From Eledone cirrhosa (Eukaryota), in contig OZ024740.1 of the NCBI GenBank assembly GCA_964016885.1, positions 230,516,001 to 230,580,000 on the forward strand: a DNA stretch of 64,000 nt, read 5' to 3'. Of this stretch, positions 25,417 to 38,685 are shown one piece after another. Positions within the stretch are counted from its first letter, which is position 1. Each line of letters starts with the position of its first letter. The notes under the pieces are model-generated. The model made no database searches. It was not told the DNA's origin and saw only the letters and a program-made list of their open reading frames with translations. The translations under genes were made by a program, and so were the position numbers.

Positions 25417-25543
25417 CTTTGATGAATGTTTCCAGTTTCGTTTGATTGGAAAATGATGATTGGAAGGTATATCAAATTTAACTTTACCTTTCTTCAAAAG
25501 TGAAGGTGCTTTGTGAGCAAGACCAAAATCCACTAATGAAAAC
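25417..25543 (-). CDS. CDC7: CDC7 coding exon 6
   Basis: FSLVDFGLAHK includes the DFG motif; ttttag/gtaagt boundaries. Confidence 0.97.
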
Positions 25544-25611
25544 CTAAAATATATATATAAGATAGTATAACTATCTCCAATAACAGGGGTGCTTATTTTT
25601 TACTGTTTAGT

Positions 25612-25902
25612 AATGGAGAGAAAGGCAACAGCCATGATCCTTTTCAGGGCCTCTGGGACTGGTGAACAGCAATAGCTATGACACTTTTTAGGTGTTCTGA
25701 GACTGGTGGAAGGGAGGAAGGACAACAGCTATGGCACTTTTTAGGGCTTCTGAAATTGCTGGGAGGAAGGACAATAGATATGACCCTTTTGGGGGCCTCT
25801 AAGATTAGTGGGAGGAAGGGAAGGGCAACAGCCATGACTCTTTTCAGGGCCTCTGAGACTGGTGGGAGAGTAGAAAGGAAGGGCTATAAACATGACCCTT
25901 TT
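25612..25902 (+). repeat. Degenerate ~50-bp tandem repeat (similar array at ~19575-19720)
   Basis: Recurring GGGAGGAAGG..CAACAGC(C/T)ATGAC..TTTT.AGGGCCTCTGAGACTGGT units. Confidence 0.7.
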
Positions 25903-26116
25903 AGGCATATAGTTACATCCATTTACATTCTGAGTTCAAAAATCCCACCAAGGTTAGCTTTGCCTTTCATCTTTACAAAGTCAATAAAATATAGTACCAG
26001 TAATGCAGTGAGGTTGATTTAATCGACTTTCTCCTCTCCTTAAATTGTTGGCCTTGTGCCTAAATCAGAGACCATTATCGTAAAAGGACATGAAGGGATA
26101 GGAGAGCTTTACTCAC

Positions 26117-26259
26117 TGTTGTGTTTTACGGTTAAACAAGAAATTGCTAGGCTTCACATCACGGTGAATTACATCAAATTCATGAACATGACTTAAAGCA
26201 ATCAATAAGTTTTTCATATAGCACTGGATTTCTTGAGGAGTTAAAGATGGCAAACAATC
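26117..26259 (-). CDS. CDC7: CDC7 coding exon 5
   Basis: DCLPSL...YMKNLLIALSHVHEFDVIHRDVKPSNFLFNR is the catalytic loop; ttccag/gtgagt boundaries. Confidence 0.97.
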
Positions 26260-27117
26260 CTGGAAATAATATGGAAATATATTAGGCAAATAACACCATC
26301 ATTATCATCGTGTTTTTACTTTCCACATTGAGAGTGGTATCGTATGTAAGCAAGATGTAGACCCCAGCTTGTCAGGGAGGTCATTAAACCCACTTCAGTA
26401 CTGACTCAGTTTGTGAAGACCTGTCCAATAATAATGATGATGATGATGTTTCTATGCAGCTATGGGTTGCACGAATCTGTTTTTAATTGGAGTTTCAGTG
26501 ATCCTAGACATGTTAGAAGTCCATGTCTTGCTCAGTGTACAAGATGGATTTTATCATGGCACCAGCACTAGAGATTCTATCAAGTCCTCAACATGACTAA
26601 ATAATTCTTTTCACCTTGAACTGTCTTTGTTCATTTGCTAACCATTTTACAGTGAACTGGGGGGATTTTACCATGGATAGTAGCACAACACTAGAGAGGT
26701 TGTCTCACCCCCCACAATACTTCTCACTGCTCTAGTGTGGCCATTCATTCAAAGTAACATTATTATTATTGCCTTTCGGCCATTAGGGTCAAAATAAAGT
26801 ACCACTGAAGTACTGGGGTCAATTTAATCAACTTAACTTTCCTCCTAAATTGCTGGCTTCAGGCCTAAATTAGAAATCACCACCATCACTGTTTTATGTC
26901 TATTTTTCATGTCAGGTCTTCACATTCTATGGCAAGACAGATCATGATCCTGCCTCTGTCATACATTCCTTTTTTTGGCATAGTTTTTATGGCTGGAATC
27001 TCTTCCTAATATCAATCATTTTACAGCGAGTACTGGATTCATTTTATCATGGCATCACTATCATCTAACAGAGTAGATTGGGTGCTTTTAATTTTGGCAC
27101 TAACACTATCACTTTGT

Positions 27118-27485
27118 AGTTTATTGTGACACCAGCACTACCACTAACAGTGTGGTCTGGTGCAGTTTATTGTGACACCAGCACTATCACTAACAGTGTG
27201 GTCTGGTGCAGTTTATTGTGACACCAGCACTACCACTAACAGTGTGGTCTGGTGCAGTTTATTGTGACACCAGCACTACCACTAACAGTGTGGTGTGGTG
27301 TGGTCTGGTGCAGTTTGTGACACCAGTACTATCACTAACAGTGTTGTCTGGTGCAGTTTATAGTGGCACCAGCACTATCACTAACAGTGTGGTCTGGTGC
27401 AGTTTATTGTGGCACCAGCACTATCACTAACAGTGTGGTGTGGTCTGGTGCAGTTTGTGACACCAACACTACCACTTTACAGTAA
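27118..27485 (+). repeat. Minisatellite, ~46-bp unit, about 8 copies
   Basis: Unit CAGTTTATTGTGACACCAGCACTACCACTAACAGTGTGGTCTGGTG. Confidence 0.9.
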
Positions 27486-28400
27486 GGTCTGGGTGCATTT
27501 TATTGTAGAACCAGCCCTACTATTTTACAGTGAGAGCAAGATATGTAGTAGTTTAATGTAGAACCTGTACTACCACTTTATAGTGTGGGTAGGGTGGAGT
27601 TTATTGTGGAACCAGCACCACCACTTTACAGTGCAGTCTGGTGGATTTTCTTGTGACATTAGTGCCACCAAACTTCAACACATTATAATTATTAAGATGG
27701 TAAGCAGACTTGATAGAGTGCTGAAAAAAAATCAGACAAATACTCCCAGTACACCCTGTAAGGTAATTGGGGATTGGAAGGGCAGCCCACTGTAAAAGTC
27801 ATGCTTAAAAGGGTTGAGAGGACCCTTTAGTTGTGTCAATGACATGACAACCTCTCTAGTGTTGGTGTTCTACAGGATGAACGTTCCCAGTACACACTGC
27901 AAAATGGTTGGTGATAAGAAGAGCATCAAGCAATAGAAAGCTACCAAACAAAAGGTTGGGAGGAGCCTTGGGTTGTGCCAAAGACCTAACAACTTCTCTA
28001 GTGCTGGTGTCATGATAAAATGCACTCAGTGGAGTGAAGTATCGTTTTTCTGTGAGATGCCGATCCTCTATCCTGTCTGGGAGGTCAGCAGCCCTGCTTG
28101 AGTATGAAGTTGATCTGTGAAGGCCAGTCCAATCCTTGCTAACAAAGAAAGCGAATGTGAAATGGAGATGACATAAAAACGATGGTGAAATAAATAAATT
28201 AACAACAAAGACATCATCATCATTGCTGTTTTAACATCTGCTTTCCCTGCTAGCAAGGGTTGGACAGGTCTACATGGACCAAGTCAGTACTGAAGCAGAG
28301 CTACTGATCTCTCAGAAAGGCCAGAGATCTGCATCTCGCTTATATATGATCTCACATTCCACCAAGTGCACAGGAGATGTCTTCAACCATTTGTAGTTAC

Positions 28401-28494
28401 CTGAAATTTGTCGTGGTAGAAATATTGCATTCCTATGACAATATGGTCATTATTTCGAAGACATAGTTCCGCACCCATAACATTGTTTTTGCCC
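28401..28494 (-). CDS. CDC7: CDC7 coding exon 4
   Basis: GKNNVMGAELCLRNNDHIVIGMQYFYHDKFQ; tttcag/gtaac boundaries. Confidence 0.95.
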
Positions 28495-28689
28495 CTGAAA
28501 TAGGGATTGGAATAAAATGACAATAATTACAAAATATTAATAAAAACAACAGAACAATTCATCTTATAGACCAGTGTTTCCTAATATTGTCATTAGCAAA
28601 GACCCCTTTTATTAATTTCCCTGTGACCCCTCCTCCCTTGCTACAATTATTCCCTCTCTGAGATTGTTATGGAGACACTACATCCGTTA

Positions 28690-28935
28690 CAATGAGTGTT
28701 CCAGTTGATACAGTCAATGAAACAGCCTGCTTGTGAAATTAATGTGCAGGTGGCTGAGCATTCCACAGACACGTTCACCCTTAATGTAGTTCTCAAGGAG
28801 ATTCAACGCGACTCAGAATATGCCAGCTGGAGCAACATGAAATAAAGTGTCTTGCTCAAGGACACAACGTACTGTTTGGAATTGAACTCACAACCATACA
28901 ATTGTGAGCCAAATACTCTAACCACTAAGCCATGC
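28690..28935 (-). mobile_element. tRNA-headed SINE, third family (another copy at ~51020-51270)
   Basis: Minus-strand head GCATGGCTTAGTGGTTAGAG...GAGTTCAATTCC. The body CAGCCTGCTTGTGAAATTAA..GTGGCTGAGCATTCCACAGACA is repeated at ~51036. Confidence 0.7.
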
Positions 28936-29465
28936 ACCTTCACAGACTGCTATACAGTAAGAATAACAATACTTTATTTTATTGACCCCTAAAAGAATGA
29001 AAAGCAATTCTGACCTGTGTATGACTTGAACTCAGAGCACATAGAACCAGAGTAAATACTTCATTTCATTGTACACTTTAATGGCAATGGCAATTTGCTG
29101 CCATAGAACGTTAGTTATATCACTAGATAGAGTTCAATCGACAAGATCCCAGACCTCATTTGCTAACTGAGTGGAGGAGGAACTCATCAAATCAGACCAA
29201 GAAACAGGGTTTTCATTGGTCTTTCCATTGTTGATACTATCTACCAGCCACAACTGGCAGAAGTTATATTACTAAATCTCTCCAAATTCTTAATTATTTT
29301 GCAAAATTATTTTAAAACCATAGGCAATGTCTTACATTAGAAATATGGAAATGAAAGCTATATTACTAAATCCTTCTGTCAGAAGGCAGTGTCTTACATT
29401 AGAAATATAGAAATAAAAAGGGTAAAAACACACAAATAATCACTCTAAATCAAATGATACAGTAC

Positions 29466-29601
29466 CCTAATTCTTGAAGACATCTTAGCTCAGTTTCAAT
29501 TCTCGTTGGATGGCTTGTAGGAATAATATGTTTCAGAGCAAACAACTTATCTACTTGAGGATGTTCTCGTAACTTTGCTTGGAAAACAGAACTGAATGTA
29601 C
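29466..29601 (-). CDS. CDC7: CDC7 coding exon 3
   Basis: GTFSSVFQAK...FALKHIIPTSHPTRIETELRCLQELG covers kinase subdomains I-III. Confidence 0.97.
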
Positions 29602-31149
29602 CTGTAAGTAAAATTGTTATTTTCTCTTATATCAAATTAGGTTGACATTATCATCATTATCACCATTTAATGTTCATTTTTCCAAGCTAGCATGGGTTAG
29701 ATGAGTTGTCTCGTTGTGAGACAAGCCAGACAGGTAACTGTGTCTAGCTCATACAGAACTGATTTTGGCTTGGTTTCTATGGCTAGATGCCCATCCTAAC
29801 ACCAACCACATTTAGTGTGGACTGGGCGCTTTTTGATGTGGCAACTAAACGACGACTTTACTGTATGAGCAAGACAACATTTAATAATTTGTTTTAGTTT
29901 GTGGTGGTTTTAAACTGAACAGTAAATTAAGTCTACCATCAGTCAAATAGGCTACAATGGAAATAAAAACTGGAATAAATAATGTAATGTGCTAACAATT
30001 CCACCAATTCATTTCCCTGGACCGGTACTATATTTTATCAACCAAAAAAAGATGAAAGGTCAAGTTTCCCTCAATGAAATTTGAACTCAGAGCACAAATA
30101 GCTGGAATGAATATCCCCAGGTATTTTGTACTCCCCAACTAATTTACCCCCTATATATGCCATGCTATCCTGACATTCTTTATTTCTCACCAAATCATAA
30201 AACATTCCTTTTCCTTCTTGGCCCTGTAACTCCTGATAGAGTCATATGGGTACCATTTTAACATACAATGTTTAGGCAACCAACCTAGCCTGTGACAGTG
30301 ACAATCTGTCTAACCCATACTAACATGGAAAGCAAACATAAAATGATGATAATAATGATTATCATATTATATTAGATGAATAAATTCTCTTTCTAAAACA
30401 ATTTCAGTTTTATTTAATCTCATTAAACTCAGAGTGGTGACAGTTCATAAAATATAGGCGTGCATTCCACGAAAAATTAAGTTTGGGATTCACTGCTACA
30501 TACACGTGTGTGTAATGTATGTTTGTACAAATTTGTGAGTATGTGTGTACTCTTGCGTCCCAAATAATAAGGGTGGTTGAAATAAGCGAGGGAGTTGGAA
30601 TAAGCAGGGGTGTTGGAAAATCGGTAAGTATTCTAGGTTGTCTCGTCTCTGTTGATTTTTTTTTAACACCAGAATTAGTTGTTTAGTTTACATATTGAGA
30701 CCCCAACCCATCCTATTTATTTTACAATGTATGGGATCTGTAGTAATCTACTTTCTTTGACATGTATGTTTTTTAATGTCTAAAGAAAATTAATTGTCAA
30801 AGGAATGCTACCACTTAAAATAAAATTTTGCCAGAGATAGATTAGCAAAATTTGATACGCGGGGCAGGGGGGAAATAAGAGTGGAGGGATGGAAATTCTG
30901 AAAAAATTAATAATTGTTTCTACTATTGGCACAAGGCCAGCAATTATCCCAGTGTATTACTGGTACTTTATTTTATCGACCCCGTAAGGATGAAAGACAA
31001 AGTTAACCTCAGTGGGATTTGAACTCAGACCATAAAAGGCCGTAACTCTGCAAAGTATGGTGTCCGACCCTCTACCGATACTGCCAATCCACCATGTGAG
31101 TGCATGTGTGTTGAAATATAAATGTGAGAATTATCATTAAAAGTATTAC

Positions 31150-31236
31150 CTTCACCAATCTTTTTTGTCACTTGAAAATGTCTCTTTAGTTCCGGTAGAA
31201 ACTCGTACATTTTTTCAACCTCTGTCCGTATATGTT
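31150..31236 (-). CDS. CDC7: CDC7 coding exon 2
   Basis: HIRTEVEKMYEFLPELKRHFQVTKKIGEG; tttacag/gtaat boundaries. Confidence 0.95.
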
Positions 31237-32507
31237 CTGTAAAAAAACAAACAAACAAACACATTATTCATAATAATCAAAGTTTAGCAGATCTGGAGTC
31301 ACCCAATGTCTTGTGAGACAAGGAGGCTCCAGATTTGTACCTAGAAAGTTCCTCTCTAAGGTACTGACTTTGACATGCAACTTTGCCCCAGTGACGTCAC
31401 AAACAAACTTGGAATGTAAAGGACTGAAAGGGATACCACATGGCATCACATTTGATGCTCGAACAATTCCACCAATCCACCATCTTGGGCTGATATTTTA
31501 TTTACTGATAATGAAAGATGAAAGGCTGAAAGGCAAAACTGAACTCAGCAGGGTTTTGAAATCTAAGCATAGAACCACAAGGCATTTCATCCAACATTCT
31601 AATGACTCCTTGTCATCCGACATTCTAATGTGACCTTAAGTTTATCAAATAACTATAACAAACAACAAGGCGATGAATTAACAGAGACGTTAGAATGCTT
31701 TGCAGTATTCATTTCAGTTCTCTACTTTTTTGAGTTCAAATCCTGCCAAAGTCAATTTTGCCTTTCTTTCATTTGAAGTCGATAAAAAAAAGTATCAGTC
31801 TAGTACTGGGGTTGATTCTTCCTCTATCTCTTTGTCACATTCTCTCCCTTTCTATCCTTCTCTAAAAGAAATCTGCTGAACTCAAGCCTAGAGAGATGGG
31901 CTCCACCAGGTTTTAAAAATGCCCTAGAAGTACTATGTCAATGCAGCACCCCTACAGCTCCCTCAGGAGAGAGTTATGGGGCCATGTATACATAACAAAC
32001 AACAGAACATAGTCACATAAACATTAATCATCATCATCATTTAACATCCACTTTCCCTGTTAGCAAAAATTGGGCAAGTCTTCACAGACTGAGACTGTAT
32101 TGAAGTGGAGCTACTGACCTCCGAGTCAGGCCCAGGATTCACATCTCACTTAGAGTTCTACATTCTTCTAAGTGCATAATGGGGGTAGGGTGAATATCTA
32201 TCTAAAATACTGGAGCTCAACCATTTTAATACTACAGCCTTTATCGTGACTATAGAAAAAAACAGTATGACTAAAAAAACATTGAATAACTAATTATCTA
32301 GCTATCATTCAGAGAGAATGAAAGAGAGAGGAGAAGAAAAAGGAAGATAGATGAGAGTAAGAAAAAAGAAAACGGGAGGGGAAAAGAAGATAGGAGAGAA
32401 AGTATGTGTTGTTAGTCAATCATATTGAAAAACTGATACTACTAAAACCATCCAATGACAGTTCAATGTTGAGTGAAGCAGAGAATAGAAATGAAAGCTA
32501 AACATAC

Positions 32508-32559
32508 CTGGTATTTCCTCACTAGAAAACACATCTTTGTTTGCAGTACAAGAGGTCAT
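32508..32559 (-). CDS. CDC7: CDC7 first coding exon (the exon probably starts at 32605 with 5' UTR)
   Basis: ATG at 32559 gives MTSCTANKDVFSSEEIP. The phase-1 donor gtatgt is in frame with the next exon. Upstream acceptor ttttgtctttacag. Confidence 0.8.
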
Positions 32560-33224
32560 CTTTAATTTCTTATTTCAGGTCAGGTCACAATACCAAACTA
32601 ATAAACTGTAAAGACAAAATTACAACATAGTATTAAATATTTTTAGGATTATTATTATTGTGGATTGGCAGTATCGCTAGAGCGTCGGATGCCGTGCTTC
32701 GTAGCATAGAGTTATGGCTCTTTATGTTCTAAGTTCAAATCCCCTCAAGGTTAACTGGGGTCGATTTAATCTATTTTCTCTTCCCCAAAATTGTTCCTAA
32801 AGTAGAAACAATTATTATTATTATTAGAGGGCGGTGGATTGGCAGTATCGGTAGAGGGTCGGACACCATGCTTTGACACAGAGTTACTGCCCTTGCCATT
32901 CTGAGTTCAAATCCTGCCGAGGTTAACTTTGCCTTTCATCCTTATGGGGTCGATAAAATAAAGTACCAGTAATTGCTAGCCTTGTGCCAAAAGTAGACAC
33001 AATTATTATTATATATATATATATATCATCATCATCACTGTTTAATGTCCATCTTCCATGGGTTAGACGCCATGAGACAAGTTTGGCCAGATTGGCCATG
33101 CCGTACTTTGCACAGACGGAACTACAAATTTGGATACTATTCCTAAATATATTTAGGAAGAAAAGATGCAACTGTAAACTCCTGCTGTTTTTGCTCATTA
33201 CCTCACACACACAAGTTTTCTTGT

Positions 33225-34810
33225 GAGGCAGTTACAGGAAAAGTACCTAGCTAAAAGTAAGCCGCTCTACCTGGCATTCGTCGATCTTGAGAAAGCCTTT
33301 GACAGAGGTCCCCGTGCTATAATCTGGTGGAATCTTAGAAAACTAGGAGTAGATGAATGCTTGTGAAAGCTGTACAAGCCATGTATAGGGGAGCAGTCAG
33401 CAAAGTTAGGATTAGCAATGAGTATAGCGATGAATTTAGTGTACAGGTCGGTGTCCACCAGGGCTCTGTTCTTAGCCCTCTCCTGTTCATCATAGTTCTG
33501 CAGGCAATAACGGAGGAGTTTAAGACCGGATGCAGATGACCTCGCACTTATAGCTGAATCTATGGTAGAACTAGAGAAGAAATTCCAAACTTGGAAGCAG
33601 GGACTAGAAAGAAAGGGTCTCAAAGTCAACCTGACAAAGATGAAGGGCCTTGTAAGTAGACGAGAAAACAGAACCCAGATCCCCTCAGGGAAATGGCCTT
33701 GCTCAGTATGTAGGAAAGGTGCAGGTAGGAACTCCATTCTCTGTCCCAAATGCAAACAATGGGTACACAAGAGATGTAGCGGGATCTCAGGAAGCTTAAT
33801 TAAGAATGTAGGCTTCACATGTAGCAACTGTCCTGGGACAACAAGCAGCAAACAGCCACAGGAAACAAGTACCACCAAACTCTGGGAGGGCTCTGTAGAA
33901 ACAGTAGACAGCTTCTGCTAACTAGGTGACCGAATTAACAGCGGAGGTGGGTGTTCGGAAAGTACAATAACTAGGGTAAGAACGGGATGGAAGAAGTTCA
34001 GGGAGCTACTGCCACTGCTAGCTGCAAAAGGCTTTTCCCTCAAAATGAAAGGCAGACTGTATGATGCGTGTATACGAACAGCAATGTTACATGGTAGTGA
34101 GACCTGGGTGCTGTGTGTGGAAGACTTGCGTAGATTAGAAAGAAATGAAGCTTGCATGCTCCGATGGATGTGTAATAGTAATATACGCGAACGGCAAAGC
34201 ATAAATGAATTGAGAGAAAGACTGAGCATAAGAGGAATCAAATGCTGTGTGCAGGAGAGGCGGTTGCGTTGGTATGGACATGTGATGCGTATGAAGGATG
34301 ACAGCTGCATAAAAAGGTGCAGAGCACTAGAAGTCGATGGAAACCGCGGAGTGGGGAGACCCAAGAAGACCTGGGATAAGGTGATACAAGCCGACCTTAC
34401 CCAATTACACCTCTCAAAGGCGATGACACATGACCGTGACCTCTGGCATCATGGAGTAATACAGAAGACCCGACACCCCCATGGGTACAAGCCGAAGCTG
34501 AAGCATATAGACAATATGCCCCCACACCCTCCCTCTGCAAAGTGGTCATGGAGGTGCCACAGCAAAAAAGCACCCAGCCCACACTGTAAAGTGGACGTGT
34601 AGGCGCCACGGAAAAAAAGCACCCAGTACTCACTGTAAATGAGGTTGATGTTAGGAAGGGCATCCAGCTGTAGCAATCAAGCCAGAATCAGTTCCTGTAT
34701 GAGCAAGACAAGGTCAGCCGACTGGACACTGCCCACAACAGGACAAGCCGTCTAACTCATGCTAGCGTGGAAGAACAGACGTAAAATGGTGATGATGATG
34801 ATGATGATGA
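33225..34810 (+). mobile_element. Older RTE LINE subfamily, 5'-truncated and frameshifted
   Basis: Fragments GVHQGSVLSP, WPCSVCRKG and RRLRWYGHVMRM are homologous to the 22-24 kb element. A deletion removes the residues before ADD. (GAT)n tail. Confidence 0.93.
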
Positions 34811-35178
34811 TATATATATATGTATATGGGTAAAGACCCTCTTCAGTTAGGAATGATCATAGGTTTTGCACATGGAAATCCCCTCCGAGATACAATCCTG
34901 AACACAGTGTCTTTGAAGAAGGCTAGTTTTGATGTCAGTAGTAAGATTTTAAATATTGGGCTTTAACAGGAAGCCTTAATATGGTCAGAGATGTGGTTAT
35001 ATTTCTTTCCCCCTTATAATTATCATAGCTGTAATATTTTGAATTAGTTGTAGTCTTCCGATCTGATGTCCAGGTGGGCCATAGAATAACACATTACTAT
35101 TGTTCAGTCATGGTGACACAAAGGTATGCACTAATGTGTCAGTCACCTTCTGATTTAGGTATTTTCTAATCATACTTA

Positions 35179-35376
35179 CAAGGGTCAGCTGAAAAGTTCA
35201 TAGGCTGACTATGAAGGAGTGATGCCAGAGCAGTGAAATCTTGCATGCATTAATTTAAACCCTTCTTATTAATAACTGCAGTGTTTCTTTCTAAAGACTA
35301 TGATGAAAAATAAACCTCATTTGGTCATTCCGTGAGAGTATCTTGGCTAGCCTATGAACATTTCAGCCAACCCTTG
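35179..35376. mobile_element. Tc1/mariner-type MITE
   Basis: TA|CAAGGGTCAGCTGAAAAGTTCATAGGCT ... AGCCTATGAACATTTCAGCCAACCCTTG|TA. Confidence 0.8.
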
Positions 35377-36704
35377 TAATTTATTTAGAAACTCAGGAAC
35401 CAAGGATCCTAATGCCCTCTGATAATCTGCTGGTCAGCAAACTGATAGAAGCTAAAGTTTGACAATGAAAACAATGCGTTAAAGACAAAGATCACTGTCC
35501 GATGCGCTAATGTTTCTACTAATCCACCACACTTTTAATAATAATTTCTAATTTAGGCACAAGTCCAGCAATTTGAGAGAAAAGTCGATTAAATCAAACT
35601 CAGTACTTGACTGGTTCTTTATTTTTCCAAGCCTGCCAAGATGAAAGTGTTGATGACCTCAGTGGAATTTGAACTCAGAACATATAGGCCCATAACTAAA
35701 TAACAAATAGACCTTTTGTCTGTCGCTCTAACACTTCTACACTTCTAATTGTTTCTACTTTTGGCACAAGGCCAGCAATTACCCCAGTGCATTACTGGTG
35801 CTTTATTTTCTCAAGCCCGTAAGGATGAAAGGCAAAGTTAACCTTGGCGGGATTTGAACTCAGAAATTCTAATAATATTGCTTTCTGTTATGGACCATGG
35901 GTTCCCCATGACGATGAGGAAAGAAACAAAACAATGGTGGATTTACAGTGAGTAAAATGGTGCCACAGTGAACAACAACAATAAGGAAACATTCATAGGT
36001 AATAAAATAGGTAAATTTTTATTATTACACCTGTATCCCTTTGGAAACTCTAACCCTTACCTCCAAAGGGTGTAATAATGATTTCTGATTTAGGTACAAG
36101 GCTAACAATTTAGGGGGGAGGGTAAAGTCGATTAAATCAATCCCAATGTGTTACTGGTACTTTATTTTATCGACCCTGTAAGGATGAAAGGTAAAGCTAA
36201 CCTTGGTGGGATTTGAACTCAGAACGTAAAGAACTGTAAGTATATGTCACAAAGCATGTTATTCGACACTACCAATTCTGCAGCACAGAACAAAGTAGGA
36301 TACAAGAAATAGATCCCCCAAAATGAGGGGGAAAACCCTCATAGGGTGATTCAGAGTACTCCAAACACAACCCAGTATCAAGTCGATAGCAGAACCAGGA
36401 TATTTGAGAGGTCCCCAGGCATGTCACAAAGCTAACTCTAACAGTATTTACACATACTGAGACCAGGGAGACCACTAATCATGGGAGTAATCAATGCAGA
36501 ATGTGTGTGTATATATTTACTAGATCTACCAAATTATAAAATTAAATTAAATTGTTTAGAACTACAAGTGAAGTCATTCTTTTCCTTTTCTTAAATAAAT
36601 ATATATATAAAACCTGAACATTTTTTGTATTTCAGTGTATATTCTGTTGATCCTTATTATGAATAATTTAATATGTCCCATTTTTAAGGTAAAAAATATT
36701 TTAA

Positions 36705-37360
36705 GAGACTCCATCGCCCTCAGAGTGGGAGCTGACGTCTGCATGGGTTTGAGGTGCCGATGCGGCAAACTCCTCGACTCTACGGCCTTTCTTGCCGCTT
36801 CGCGTGTCACACGGAGCTAAACCTCATTCTCAAGAGAGCTTTGGCCCGGGTGAACAAAACCTCAGTCTTAGAACCATCTGGGTTGTCCAGAAGTGACGGC
36901 CTTACCTTGTGCCTCTGGTTGAGAGGCAGGTGCCTTGTCTGGGACATCACTGTTAGTGACTCTTTTGCTTCTTCCCACATCCTGGATGCGGCCGGTTAGG
37001 ACGAGAGCCACAGCTTCTGCAGCCGAGCGGTGTAAGACCATCAAATACTGTAATCTGTTACCCAGCTACATTTTTCAGCCTGTGGCTTTCGAGACATTTG
37101 GGGGAGTCGGACTGCTGACTGCGAGGTTCCTCTCTTCACTGGAGGCTCGCCTAATAGAGGTAACTGGTGAATCTCGCGAGGGCGCTTGGTTGTTCCACCG
37201 CATCAGCCTCGCCATCACCCGAGGCAATGCTGCGAGTGTGCTGGCTTGCCTCAAAAATCATTAGAGAGGTTACCCAGACGTTACTGTCTTTTGCTCTGGT
37301 GTTGGCTCGGTTGTTCACCCCTTCCTTAACATTTTCTTTAATATTGCAACATTAAAGGAA
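36705..37360 (+). mobile_element. CRE-like non-LTR retrotransposon 3' end (Zn knuckle plus restriction-like endonuclease)
   Basis: IALRVG..CRCG, HTELNLILKRAL, SDGLTL..W..G.CLVWDITV.D, KTIKY, FQPVAFETFG, LFHRISLAITRGNA. Confidence 0.75.
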
Positions 37361-37849
37361 TATATCCTTCTGAAAGAATCGCGAGCAATTTATAATGTTA
37401 TCTAAGCATTTGTAATGTTATTTATGTATATATTTGGAACATATTTGTTATGTTATTTTAAGAGACTAAGCATCACAATTGACTTTCTCTGTGAAGAGGG
37501 TGAAGTGTAACCCGAGATTCATATTTAGTCTATTAAAGAAGATGAAATTTCAAACATTTGAATAATTATAGGTCACAGTTCATCTGAAACATTTGTAAAA
37601 GATTAAAAATAATTATATGATGAAAGAAGATTAAGTTTCCTTTGATACTTTTGCATATATATATAGTATAATCAAAGTTTCATACACTTAACATGTATGC
37701 ACGATCTAAAGTTCATTATTTAACGATCGTTTCTAGGACATATATGTGTTAGAATTGGTATGCATATTCAACAGATCTATGTACAAAATTATACAAAATA
37801 TCAAATATAATATACATACCAACACATACATATGCCGTCTTCAGAAATA

Positions 37850-37887
<38 letters not shown>

Positions 37888-37893
37888 AAATGT

Positions 37894-38368
37894 AATCTAA
37901 GTTTTTCGAATATTAATAATAACATTCGATTCGTTTGCAATATGCAAACAAGCCTCATTTTTAAAGCCATGTCAGTAGAATGAACCCTTCGTTCTTGCTC
38001 TTGTGTTGGCATGTAAACAGAACTGCAGACACTAATGTTTCTGGGTATCACCCTTCATCAGTACAGCTCACTGTTCACCTGCCAACTGTCAGAGCTAGTG
38101 AAAATATATACTATTTTCTAAAATATACAGTAACTAATCAGCCTGATTTGCATAATAGTAGACTGGCTGATAAGTCAGATCTGCATATTAGCAGATCCAT
38201 TGATCAGCCAGATTTGCATATCAAGCAGACTGGCCAGTCAGTTTCCTGTATACGAGTGATAAATGGCCAGCTTTGCCACATTCAAATTTTAAAAAAATGA
38301 ATAAAATTTTGCATAATTGCAAACGAATCGAATGTTATTATTAATATTCGAAAAACTCAAATTAGATT
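37894..38368. mobile_element. MITE with ~55-bp TIRs between (TA)n tracts
   Basis: AGTTTTTCGAATATTAATAATAACATTCGATTCGTTTGCAAT (37900-37941) is perfectly inverted at 38315-38356. Confidence 0.75.
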
Positions 38369-38685
38369 TATTGTATTTAGCCATGTAGAACGAAAAATGT
38401 ATATATATATATATATATATATATAAATGAAAGGTATAGAAAGTATTGTAGCAAGAAGCCAACAGTATTATATAATATATATAGAGAGAGAGAGACCCCG
38501 ACCGCTGAGCTCTGGCCGTTTCAACAGCTAGATCCGAACATTCGGATCTAGCTGAGCTCAGCCGTCGGGGTCCTGACTCTTTTTCTATTACCCACTCTAC
38601 TACCCTAAGTATAGAGTACTCTGGTGTCTTATGGTCCACCTGGTATCTTACGACACCTTCTTTGTTTTATATATATATATATATA

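Noticed and set aside
27118-27485. Regular array resembling CRISPR
   Set aside because: Units are contiguous with no unique spacers, there are no cas genes, and it lies in a eukaryotic intron.
37486-37520. Second possible hammerhead (GTGAAGAGGG...CCCGAGA)
   Set aside because: Both core boxes deviate and stems I and III cannot be formed convincingly.
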